Below the pieces are notes generated by a model, which had not been told where the DNA came from, did no database searches, and saw nothing but the letters and a program-made list of their open reading frames with translations. A stretch of 64,000 bases of DNA from Candidatus Eiseniibacteriota bacterium (GTDB taxonomy: Bacteria; Eisenbacteria; RBG-16-71-46), in assembly GCA_963707915.1 (NCBI GenBank), contig OY970178.1, positions 800,001 to 864,000 of the forward strand, written 5' to 3'. Positions 1 to 7,797 of the stretch are shown one piece after another (positions within the stretch are counted from its first letter, which is position 1; every line of letters begins with the position of its first letter). The position numbers and the translations under genes were made by a program.

Positions 1-1
1 G

Positions 2-859
2 GGCATCTTCGAGGGGGTGACGCTCGGCACGCCCATCGCGTTGATGGTGCGCAACACCGATGCCCGCTCGCAGGACTACGAGGCCCTGCGCGATGTGTTC
101 CGCCCGGGTCACGCGGACTTCGCCTGGCAGCAGAAGTACGGGGTGCGCGACCACCGCGGCGGCGGGCGCTCCTCGGGGCGCGAGACCGTGGGCCGGGTGG
201 CCGCCGGGGCGCTGGCCCGGCTCGCGCTGGCCACGATCGGGGTGAGCATCGTCGGCGGGACCGTCCAGGTCGGCGACGTGGTGGCGGCCTGGCGCGACTG
301 GGACGAGGCCGGGCGCAACCCGGTGCGCTGCCCCGACCCCGCGGCCGCCGGCGACATGGCCCAGCTCATCGCCGCCGCCCGCGATGCGAAGGACTCGGTG
401 GGCGGCGTGGTCGAGGTCGTCGCCCGCGGCGTGCCCGCCGGCTGGGGCGACCCCACCATGGACCGCCTCGACGCCCTGCTCGGCGCCGCCATGCTCTCGA
501 TCCCGTCGATCCGCGGCGTGGAGATCGGCGACGGGTTCGCCCTCGCCGGGCGCCGGGGCTCCGAGAGCAACGACGTGCTCGAAGGCGGCCGCTACCTCTC
601 CAACCACGCCGGCGGGGTCTCGGGCGGCATCTCGAACGGCGCCGAGCTGGTGGTGCGCCTCGCGGTGCGGCCGGCCAGTTCGATCGGCCTGGAGCAGGTC
701 GCCGCCACCCAGGACGGATCGTCCACGCGGCTCGCCATCGAGGGCCGCCACGATCCCTGCATCTGCCCCCGCGTCGTGCCGGTGGCCGAGGCCATGCTCG
801 CCATGACCCTGATGGATGCGTGGCTGCGCCAGCGCGCGCTGCGCGGGCGCGAGCGCTGA
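2..859 (+). CDS. aroC: Chorismate synthase (5' end outside window)
   Basis: Motifs RPGHAD, RGGGRSSGRET, NHAGG..GGISNG and GRHDPC. Frame is open from the window edge (GIFEGVTLGTPI). Confidence 0.96.
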   Translation, partial: GIFEGVTLGTPIALMVRNTDARSQDYEALRDVFRPGHADFAWQQKYGVRDHRGGGRSSGRETVGRVAAGALARLALATIGVSIVGGTVQVGDVVAAWRDWDEAGRNPVRCPDPAAAGDMAQLIAAARDAKDSVGGVVEVVARGVPAGWGDPTMDRLDALLGAAMLSIPSIRGVEIGDGFALAGRRGSESNDVLEGGRYLSNHAGGVSGGISNGAELVVRLAVRPASSIGLEQVAATQDGSSTRLAIEGRHDPCICPRVVPVAEAMLAMTLMDAWLRQRALRGRER

Positions 860-1872
860 TGCTGCTCGCCATCCGCAGCGGCACCAGCGAGCCGGCGCTG
901 ACCGAGGTCGCGGCGCGCCTGCGGCTCGCCGGGCTCGCGCTGCACCGCACCGACCACGACGGCCGCGTGCGGCTCGCCGCGGTGGGCGACGACGCCGGGG
1001 TGGACTGGGACGCGGTGCGGCGCTGGCCCGCGGTCGAGAGCGTCGAGCCGGTCGCGGTGCCGTTCGAGCTCGCCTCGCGCGCGTTCCATCCGGCCGACAC
1101 GGTGTTCTCGGTCGGGGGTTGCGTCATCGGCGGCGAACGACTCGTCCTGATGGCGGGCCCGTGCTCGATCGAGGGGGAGGAGCAGGCCTTCACCATCGCC
1201 GCGGCGGTCGCGAAGGCCGGCGCGACGGTGATGCGCGGCGGGGCCTACAAGCCGCGCACCTCGCCCTACTCGTTCCAGGGACTGGGGGAGGAGGGCCTGA
1301 AGATCCTGCGGCGCGCCGCCGACGCGCACGGACTGGCGGTGGTCAGCGAGGTGATGGATCCCGCGCAGGTCGGGCAGGTCGCCCGCTACGCCGACATCGT
1401 GCAGGTCGGCGCGCGCAACATGCAGAACCTCTCGCTGCTGCGCGAGGTCGCGCGGGCGCAGAAGCCGGTGCTGCTCAAGCGCGGCATGGCCGCGACCATC
1501 GAGGAATGGCTGATGAGCGCCGAGCACGTGCTCTCGAACGGCAACCAGCAGGTCATCCTGTGCGAGCGCGGCATCCGCACGTTCGAGAGCTACACCCGCA
1601 ACACGCTGGACCTGAACGCCATCCCGGTGGTCAAGGAGCTCTCGCACCTGCCGGTCATCGTGGACCCGTCGCACGGCACCGGCATGCGCGACAAGGTCGG
1701 CCCGATGGCGCGCGCCGCCATCGCCGCCGGCGCGGACGGGCTCCTCGTCGAGGTCCACCACGACCCGGACCACGCGCTCTCCGACGGGCCCCAGTCGCTC
1801 CACCCCGCGCAGTTCGCGCGACTGGTGGAGCAGGTCCGCGCCATCGCCGGCGTGGTGGGGCGCAGCGTGTAG
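859..1872 (+). CDS. aroF: DAHP synthase, type I-beta, with N-terminal regulatory domain
   Basis: Motifs AGPCSIE, RGGAYKPRTSPYSFQGLG, GARNMQN and DPSHGTG. ATG overlaps the aroC stop (TGATG). Confidence 0.95.
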   Translation: MLLAIRSGTSEPALTEVAARLRLAGLALHRTDHDGRVRLAAVGDDAGVDWDAVRRWPAVESVEPVAVPFELASRAFHPADTVFSVGGCVIGGERLVLMAGPCSIEGEEQAFTIAAAVAKAGATVMRGGAYKPRTSPYSFQGLGEEGLKILRRAADAHGLAVVSEVMDPAQVGQVARYADIVQVGARNMQNLSLLREVARAQKPVLLKRGMAATIEEWLMSAEHVLSNGNQQVILCERGIRTFESYTRNTLDLNAIPVVKELSHLPVIVDPSHGTGMRDKVGPMARAAIAAGADGLLVEVHHDPDHALSDGPQSLHPAQFARLVEQVRAIAGVVGRSV

Positions 1873-2028
1873 GACGAAGGGGCGCGCACGCGCCTCCGCC
1901 GACGATGACGGAAGCTGCGGGGCGGTGGCCGTGAATGGCCGTGGCCGAGCGCACCGCGCCGCTGCCCGTCCGTGGCCATTCCCGCCCCCCCTCCGCACAC
2001 CACGCTTCGGCGCCGGGGCCGCGCCGCC

Positions 2029-2057
2029 TTGACAGCCTGCGCGCCTTCCGCTGTAAT
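2029..2057 (+). promoter_or_regulatory. Sigma70-type promoter for tRNA-Val/thrS
   Basis: TTGACA-N17-TGTAAT, 12 nt upstream of the tRNA. Confidence 0.75.
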
Positions 2058-2069
2058 CATCCGCTCCGT

Positions 2070-2146
2070 GGGCGATTAGCTCAGTTGGCTAGAGCACTTG
2101 CTCGACAAGCAAGGGGTCACTGGTTCAAGTCCAGTATCGCCCACCA
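2070..2146 (+). tRNA. tRNA-Val(GAC)
   Basis: Acceptor stem GGGCGAT/ATCGCCC, anticodon arm CTTGC-TCGACAA-GCAAG, T-loop GGTTCAAGTCC, encoded CCA. Confidence 0.97.
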
Positions 2147-2207
2147 TCTCCACCTGCGGCTGCCTGACCGGACTCCCGCCCGGTGAAGTCCCCGAAGGCG
2201 GCCCTGC

Positions 2208-2239
2208 GCCGGGCCCGGGCCCCGTATGCCCGTGCCGGC
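2208..2239 (+). promoter_or_regulatory. Putative thrS translational operator (tRNA-Thr anticodon-arm mimic)
   Basis: About 11-bp stem closing a 7-nt loop CC-CGT-AT. The G and T lie at -32/-31 from ATG 2256, and the hairpin is directly 5' of the GAGGA Shine-Dalgarno. Confidence 0.55.
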
Positions 2240-2255
2240 TCGAGGAACCCCAGCC

Positions 2256-4031
2256 ATGTCCAGCACCCAGGCCCCCGAGGATCGCCCCGACGTCTCCGGC
2301 TACCCCGGGGGCGAAGAGCTCTACCGGCTGCGACACTCCGCCGCGCACGTGCTGGCCAGCGCCGTGACCGAGCTGTACCCCGAGACCAAGGTCGCCGGCG
2401 GGCCGCCGGTCGAGAACGGCTTCTACTACGACTTCGCCCGGCCCACGCCGTTCACGCCCGAGGACCTCGAGCGCATCGAGGCCCGCATGCGCGAGATCGT
2501 CGCCGAGGACCGGCCCTTCGAGTACCTCGAGGCCACGCTGGAGGAGGCCCGCGCCCGCTTCGCCGCGGCGGGGGAGAAGTACAAGCTGCACTTCCTCACC
2601 CAGATCCCCGCGGGCGGCAAGGTCAGCTACTACCGCAGCGGCGCGTTCCTCGACCTGTGCCGCGGGCCGCACCTGGCGAGCACCGGGCAGATCAAGGCCT
2701 TCAAGGTCACCCACGTGGCCGGCGCCTACTGGCTGGGGAGCGAGCGCAACGAGATGCTCCAGCGCATCTACGGCACCGCCTTCGCGAGCCCGCAGGACCT
2801 CGACGAGCACCTGAAGCGCGTCGAGGAGGCGCTCAAGCGCGACCACCGGCGGCTGGGACGCGAGCTGGACCTGTTCTCGATCCACGAGGAGGTCGGCGCC
2901 GGGCTGGTCCACTGGCACCCCCGCGGCGGCATGCTGCGCCACCTGATCGAGGAGTTCTGGAAGGAAGAGCACCTGCGCCGCGGCTACCAGTTCGTCTACA
3001 CGCCGCACATCGCCAGCGAGCGCATCTACGAGATCTCCGGGCACCTCGAGAACTACGGCGACATCATGTACTCGCCGATGGACATCGACGGGCAGGCGTA
3101 CCGCGTGAAGCCGATGAACTGCCCGGGTCACATCATGATCTACCAGACCAAGAAGCACTCGTACCGCGACCTGCCGTTGCGCTACGCCGAGCTGGGCACG
3201 GTCTACCGCTACGAGCGCTCGGGCGTGCTGCACGGCATGGAGCGCGTGCGCGGCTTCACGCAGGACGATTCGCACATCTTCTGCACCCCCGAGCAGCTCC
3301 AGGACGAGGTGCTGGGCCTGCTCGACCTGATGGACCACCTGCTCAAGGCGTTCCACTACGAGTACGTCGCCTACCTCGCCACCCGCCCGGCGGAGAAGTT
3401 CCTCGGCACCGAGAAGGAGTGGGACTTCGCCACCGACGCGCTCAAGCAGGCGCTCGAGAAGCGCGGGCTGCCCTACCAGATCGACGAGGGGGGAGGGGCC
3501 TTCTACGCGCCCAAGATCGACGTCAAGCTGCGCGACGCGCTGGGGCGCGAGTGGCAGTGCCCGACCATCCAGGTGGACCTCAACCTGCCCAAGCGCTTCG
3601 GCGTCGAGTACACCGGGCCGGACGGCAAGGAGCACGAAGTCATCATGCTGCACCGGGCGCTGCTCGGCTCGATGGAGCGCTTCGTCGGCATCCTCATCGA
3701 GCACACCGGCGGTGAGTTCCCGGTCTGGTGCTCGCCCGAGCAGGCGGTCGTCATCCCGGCGAACTCGAAGGCCTTCGACTACGCCGCCGACACGGCGCGG
3801 ATGTTCAAGGCCGGCGGGTTGCGCGTCGAGGCCGACCTGCGCGACGAGAAGATGAACGCCAAGATCCGCGACGCCGAGATGATGAAGGTGCCCTACATGG
3901 TGATCGTGGGGCCGCGCGAGGCCGAGGCGGGCACGGTGGCCCCGCGGCGCAAGGGCCAGGGCCAGATCGAGGCGATGACCCGCGAGGCGTTCCTCGAGCG
4001 GGTGAAGAAGGAGACCCGGGAGCGCAGCTGA
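2256..4031 (+). CDS. thrS: Threonine--tRNA ligase (lacks N-terminal TGS domain)
   Basis: Motifs RHSAAH, DLCRGPH, RDHRRLG, KPMNCPGH, RVRGFTQDD and HRALLGSMERF. SD GAGGA precedes ATG 2256. Confidence 0.97.
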   Translation: MSSTQAPEDRPDVSGYPGGEELYRLRHSAAHVLASAVTELYPETKVAGGPPVENGFYYDFARPTPFTPEDLERIEARMREIVAEDRPFEYLEATLEEARARFAAAGEKYKLHFLTQIPAGGKVSYYRSGAFLDLCRGPHLASTGQIKAFKVTHVAGAYWLGSERNEMLQRIYGTAFASPQDLDEHLKRVEEALKRDHRRLGRELDLFSIHEEVGAGLVHWHPRGGMLRHLIEEFWKEEHLRRGYQFVYTPHIASERIYEISGHLENYGDIMYSPMDIDGQAYRVKPMNCPGHIMIYQTKKHSYRDLPLRYAELGTVYRYERSGVLHGMERVRGFTQDDSHIFCTPEQLQDEVLGLLDLMDHLLKAFHYEYVAYLATRPAEKFLGTEKEWDFATDALKQALEKRGLPYQIDEGGGAFYAPKIDVKLRDALGREWQCPTIQVDLNLPKRFGVEYTGPDGKEHEVIMLHRALLGSMERFVGILIEHTGGEFPVWCSPEQAVVIPANSKAFDYAADTARMFKAGGLRVEADLRDEKMNAKIRDAEMMKVPYMVIVGPREAEAGTVAPRRKGQGQIEAMTREAFLERVKKETRERS

Positions 4032-4051
4032 TGCGCAGTCACCGGTAGGAC

Positions 4052-4084
4052 GACGGTCCCGTGACCGACGGTCGCGGGACCGTT
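4052..4084. terminator. Hairpin between convergent thrS and hypothetical gene
   Basis: Inverted repeat GACGGTCCCGTGACC-GAC-GGTCGCGGGACCGTT. Confidence 0.55.
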
Positions 4085-4103
4085 CGCATGGGCGCGGGCA
4101 GCG

Positions 4104-4925
4104 CTATCGATACAGTGCCTTGATCTGCCCCCAGGTGCGGTTGCGGGCCGGCGTCGCGCAGCCGGTGCCGCTGAGGCAGGCCCACCGGAAGCCGGGCCAG
4201 TACGGCGAAGGCACCTGCCCCTGGTAGCCGCAGTTCCACGTCGCCGTGCTGGTGGGACCGTACTCGCCTTCCCATTCCGCCTGGCACGACTCCATCAGCG
4301 AGCCGGAGGTATAGGCGTTTACCTCCAACATCGCGATGCACATGGGGCGCCTGCATCCATTGCACGCGTCCTCGCCGCTGGTGTGCGAGTTGTCGATCAC
4401 CAGGCGGCACGCCTCGTACTGCCGGTGCGCAACCAGGGTCTCGGGCGCGGCGGGGAGGAACCCGAAGATCAGGCGCGCGCGCCCGGGCTGCGGAAAGTTG
4501 TAGGCTCCGATCGCTCCCCAGGAGCCCGCGGTGTACGCGCTCCGGCACGTCCCCGGTGGGATGGCGGAGAAGTCGGCGTCAACCGTCAGGGCCGATTGCC
4601 GACAGGCGCCTACGTTGTAGAGCTGCCACCAGTCCGGGAGTTGCGGATCGGAGGAGTCCTCGGGCGTCCGAACCTCGATCAGTCCGTCCAGGGCACTGAA
4701 GCCGGGCAGCGCTGCGTCGAGTTGGAACGAGACGACGAGAACCAGCGGGGCGGCGTCATTCGCATCGCAGGAGAAGATCTTGGAGTCGGCCCCGCCGTCG
4801 GCGGCGCACCGGTCCCAGGCGATTCGGGAGGTGCCGGCGAACGCGGGGGCGGAGGGCGTGAGCAGGGCGAAGCCCACGACCAGGAGCGAAACGGCTGATG
4901 CGCGTCTGGCGGTCTCAGGACGCAT
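4104..4925 (-). CDS. Secreted Cys-rich hypothetical protein with C-terminal TWGxIKxxY motif
   Basis: N-terminal signal peptide (basic start, hydrophobic core, AFA), about 10 Cys, ends TPARNRTWGQIKALYR. Confidence 0.8.
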   Translation of the reverse strand: MRPETARRASAVSLLVVGFALLTPSAPAFAGTSRIAWDRCAADGGADSKIFSCDANDAAPLVLVVSFQLDAALPGFSALDGLIEVRTPEDSSDPQLPDWWQLYNVGACRQSALTVDADFSAIPPGTCRSAYTAGSWGAIGAYNFPQPGRARLIFGFLPAAPETLVAHRQYEACRLVIDNSHTSGEDACNGCRRPMCIAMLEVNAYTSGSLMESCQAEWEGEYGPTSTATWNCGYQGQVPSPYWPGFRWACLSGTGCATPARNRTWGQIKALYR

Positions 4926-5042
4926 GCGGGTCTCCTCGCGAGGGGTCGGGTGGGTTCCCTGCGATCACGATAGCACCCGACCCGCATCCGAGATACCCGA
5001 AAAGGGGGCGGGAGCCCCGGGAAGCTGTCCCCCCGGGCCGAC

Positions 5043-5071
5043 TTGCGCCCGGCCCGGGCCCCCTGTAACAT
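5043..5071 (+). promoter_or_regulatory. Sigma70-type promoter of infC-rpmI-rplT operon
   Basis: TTGCGC-N17-TAACAT upstream of the leader. Confidence 0.6.
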
Positions 5072-5090
5072 GCCGCGTCACATAGCCTCC

Positions 5091-5260
5091 AAGCAGAAGC
5101 CCCGCGCTTCTCACCCCCGCAGGCCCAGGTGGCCTCGCTCAAGGGTCCATGGCGTCGCCCCGGCCGGGGCGCCCGCGCATCGCGCGGCTCCGGCGGTGGA
5201 CATGCAGTTCGACGCCGGGCGGGTCTTCCGACACGGAGGACCCGCCCGGCGTCTTCGTTC
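5091..5260 (+). ncRNA. Ribosomal protein L20 leader-like RNA with terminator hairpin
   Basis: AAGCAGAAGC..CGCTTCTCACC resembles the Firmicutes infC (L20) leader. A 20-bp hairpin at 5211-5253 is followed by TTCGTT, directly upstream of infC-rpmI-rplT. Confidence 0.65.
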
Positions 5261-5315
5261 CGGGGCAGCGCCGGCGGGACGTGGACCACTGCCCATCGGA
5301 ACGGAGGTGACCGCC

Positions 5316-5957
5316 ATTTCTGCTGTGAAACAACCTGAAGTCCGCGTCAACGAGCGCATCCGGGTACCGCAGGTCCGCGTGATCGGCGAGGACGGTTCCC
5401 AGATCGGCGTGCTGGCCACCCGCGAGGCGCTGGCGCTCGCGCAGTCCAAGGCCCTCGACCTGGTGGAAGTCGCCGCCACGTCCCGGCCCCCTGTCTGCCG
5501 CATCATGGATTACGGGAAGTTCAAGTACGAGCAGAACCGGCGCGCGCGCAAGGCCAAGAAGAAGCAGCACCAGATGCAGCTCAAGGAAGTGAAGATGCGC
5601 CCGAAGGTCGAGAAGCACGACTACGACTTCAAGATCGTGCACGCCCGCGAATTTCTCGCGGACCGCGACAAGGTGAAGCTCACGGTCACTTTCCGCGGAC
5701 GCGAGATCGCGCACCAGGACCTGGGCTACAAGCTCATCCAGCGCGCGATCGCCGACCTGGCGGAATTCGCGACCGTCGAATCGGCGCCGCGCTCGGAGGG
5801 CCGCACGCTGACCGCGGTCCTGATGCCGCGGCCCTCGAAGACCGGAGGCAAGGCCGACGACGCGGACGTCGCGGCCCCGCCGGCGAAGACCAGCACCCCG
5901 AAGGCTGCGGCCCCCAAGGCCGCGGCCCTGGCAGACACCATCACCCGCACACCCTAG
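5316..5957 (+). CDS. infC: Translation initiation factor IF-3 (ATT start)
   Basis: Motifs VRVNERI, LDLVEV, PPVCRIMDYGKFKYE, KEVKMRP and FRGRE. GGAGGTG SD lies 6 nt before in-frame ATT 5316. Confidence 0.96.
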   Translation: MSAVKQPEVRVNERIRVPQVRVIGEDGSQIGVLATREALALAQSKALDLVEVAATSRPPVCRIMDYGKFKYEQNRRARKAKKKQHQMQLKEVKMRPKVEKHDYDFKIVHAREFLADRDKVKLTVTFRGREIAHQDLGYKLIQRAIADLAEFATVESAPRSEGRTLTAVLMPRPSKTGGKADDADVAAPPAKTSTPKAAAPKAAALADTITRTP

Positions 5958-5966
5958 GAGTCCTGG

Positions 5967-6164
5967 ATGCCCAAGCAGAAGACCAACCGTGCGGCGGCCA
6001 AGCGCTTCAGCCTGACCGGAACCGGCAAGGCCAAGCGCGGCCACGCCAACCTCCGGCACGGCATGATCGCGAAGAACCGCACCGGCAAGCGGCGCCTGGT
6101 AGGCGTCGTCGTCGTCGCGGCCGTCGACCAGCCCCGCGTGCAGCGCATGCTCGGCAAGCGCTAG
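5967..6164 (+). CDS. rpmI: 50S ribosomal protein L35
   Basis: MPKQKTNRAAAKRFSLTGTGK; canonical position between infC and rplT. Confidence 0.96.
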   Translation: MPKQKTNRAAAKRFSLTGTGKAKRGHANLRHGMIAKNRTGKRRLVGVVVVAAVDQPRVQRMLGKR

Positions 6165-6242
6165 CCGTCACCGTCCTTCCGGTTCCACCAGTCCCGGCTG
6201 CGGGCGTCTCGGATGCCGCAGCGGGAGAGGAGATAGAACGCC

Positions 6243-6599
6243 ATGCCACGCGCAAAGACCGTCGTCCCCGGACGTGCCCGCCGCCGCAAGACCCTCAAGG
6301 CGGCCAAGGGCAATTTCGGCGGACGGCGCAAACTCATCAAGACCGCGATCCAGACCGTGCAGCGCGCGGGTCAGTTCGCCTACGAGCACCGGCGTACCCG
6401 CAAGCGCGAGTTCCGCCGGCTCTGGATCGTGCGCATCAACGCCGCGGCCCGCATCAACGGCCTCTCGTACAGCACGCTCATCGCGGGGCTCAAGCGCGCG
6501 AACGTGGACGTGAACCGCAAGCTCCTCGCCGACCTCGCGGTCCGCGACGCGGCGGCGTTCGCCAAGCTCGCGGAGGTCGCGAAGTCGGTGGCGGCCTAG
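6243..6599 (+). CDS. rplT: 50S ribosomal protein L20
   Basis: Motifs [23 protein letters not shown] and [10 protein letters not shown]. Confidence 0.97.
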   Translation: MPRAKTVVPGRARRRKTLKAAKGNFGGRRKLIKTAIQTVQRAGQFAYEHRRTRKREFRRLWIVRINAAARINGLSYSTLIAGLKRANVDVNRKLLADLAVRDAAAFAKLAEVAKSVAA

Positions 6600-6603
6600 C
6601 GCC

Positions 6604-7746
6604 GTGGAGCCGCGGCCACTGAACGCACCCGATCCGGGCTGGGGCACGGGCGATCCCTCCGCCCTGGTCCCGGAGCACGCCGCGCGGCGGGCCGAGCTCG
6701 AAGCGCTCGACCCCGCGCTGGCCGGGCTGTACGTGCGCGGCGCCGAGGGGCTGGCCGGAGCGGCCGACCTTGCCGCGCTCAAGGAGCGCGTCGTGGCCCT
6801 GCTCGGCCGCGAGCGCGGCGTCGTCACGCTCGCGCTCGCCGAGATCCCCGCCCTCGCCCCCGAGCAGAAGAAGGTCCGGGGCCGCGGGCTCAACCTGGCG
6901 AAGCGCTGGCTCGAGGAACTCGAGAAGGCGCAGCGCGCCCGGCTCGAGCTGGCCGCCGAGTCGCGCGAGGCGCTCGACGTCACGCTGCCCGGGCGGCGGC
7001 CGTGGGTCGGGCACGCGCACGTGCTGGCCCAGATCCGCGACGAGCTGCTCGACCTGTTCCACGGGCTCGGCTACTCGGTCTACACCAGTCCGGAGGTCGA
7101 GCACGACGAGTACAACTTCGCCAAGCTCAACTTCGGCCCCGACCACCCGGCGCGGGACGCGCACGACACCTACTTCGTCGGCCCCGACGTGGTGATGCGC
7201 ACGCACACCTCGCCGGGCTGGGTGCGCGCGATGGAGCAGCGCAAGCCGCCCCTGCGGCTGGTCTTCCCCGGGCGCGTCTACCGGGCCGAGCAGGTCGACG
7301 CCAGCCACATGGACCAGTTCCACCAGATGGACGGCCTGTTCGTCGATCGCGACGTCAGCCTGGCGGACCTGAAGAGCACGCTGAACACCTTCGCGCGCTC
7401 GATCTACGGGCCGAAGGTGCGCACGCGCATCATCCCGATCTACTTCCCGTTCGTCGAGCCGGGCGCCCAGCTCGACGTGGCCTGCGCGATCTGCGACGGC
7501 AGCGGGCGCACCAACCTGGGAGCGGGCGAACAGCGCTGCCCGGTATGCAAGGGCTCGGGCTGGAGCGAGCTGCTGGGCGCCGGCATGGTGCACCCGAACG
7601 TCTTCCGCGCGGTCGGCTACGACCCCGAGGAGGTCACCGGCTTCGCCTTCGGCATGGGCCTCGAGCGCATCGCGATGGCGCGCTACGGCATCCCCGAGAT
7701 CCGGCTGTTCCTGGAGAACGACCTGCGCTTCCTGCACCAGTTCTGA
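6604..7746 (+). CDS. pheS: Phenylalanine--tRNA ligase alpha subunit
   Basis: Motifs HPARDAHDTY, RTHTSP, FHQMDG, YFPFVEP, GAGMVHP and GFAFGMGLER. Contains a CxxC..CxxC insert. Start uncertain. Confidence 0.96.
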   Translation: MEPRPLNAPDPGWGTGDPSALVPEHAARRAELEALDPALAGLYVRGAEGLAGAADLAALKERVVALLGRERGVVTLALAEIPALAPEQKKVRGRGLNLAKRWLEELEKAQRARLELAAESREALDVTLPGRRPWVGHAHVLAQIRDELLDLFHGLGYSVYTSPEVEHDEYNFAKLNFGPDHPARDAHDTYFVGPDVVMRTHTSPGWVRAMEQRKPPLRLVFPGRVYRAEQVDASHMDQFHQMDGLFVDRDVSLADLKSTLNTFARSIYGPKVRTRIIPIYFPFVEPGAQLDVACAICDGSGRTNLGAGEQRCPVCKGSGWSELLGAGMVHPNVFRAVGYDPEEVTGFAFGMGLERIAMARYGIPEIRLFLENDLRFLHQF

Positions 7747-7797
7747 CCCGCGGGCCCGCCCCGGGCGGCTTCGCCCACGGGCCGTGAGAAGGATCCG

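Noticed and set aside
6192..6226. Hairpin between rpmI and rplT
   Set aside because: GC-rich stem without a U-tail or recognisable motif; no function can be supported from the sequence.
7480..7565. CxxC..CxxC insert in PheS
   Set aside because: A known feature of many bacterial PheS proteins.
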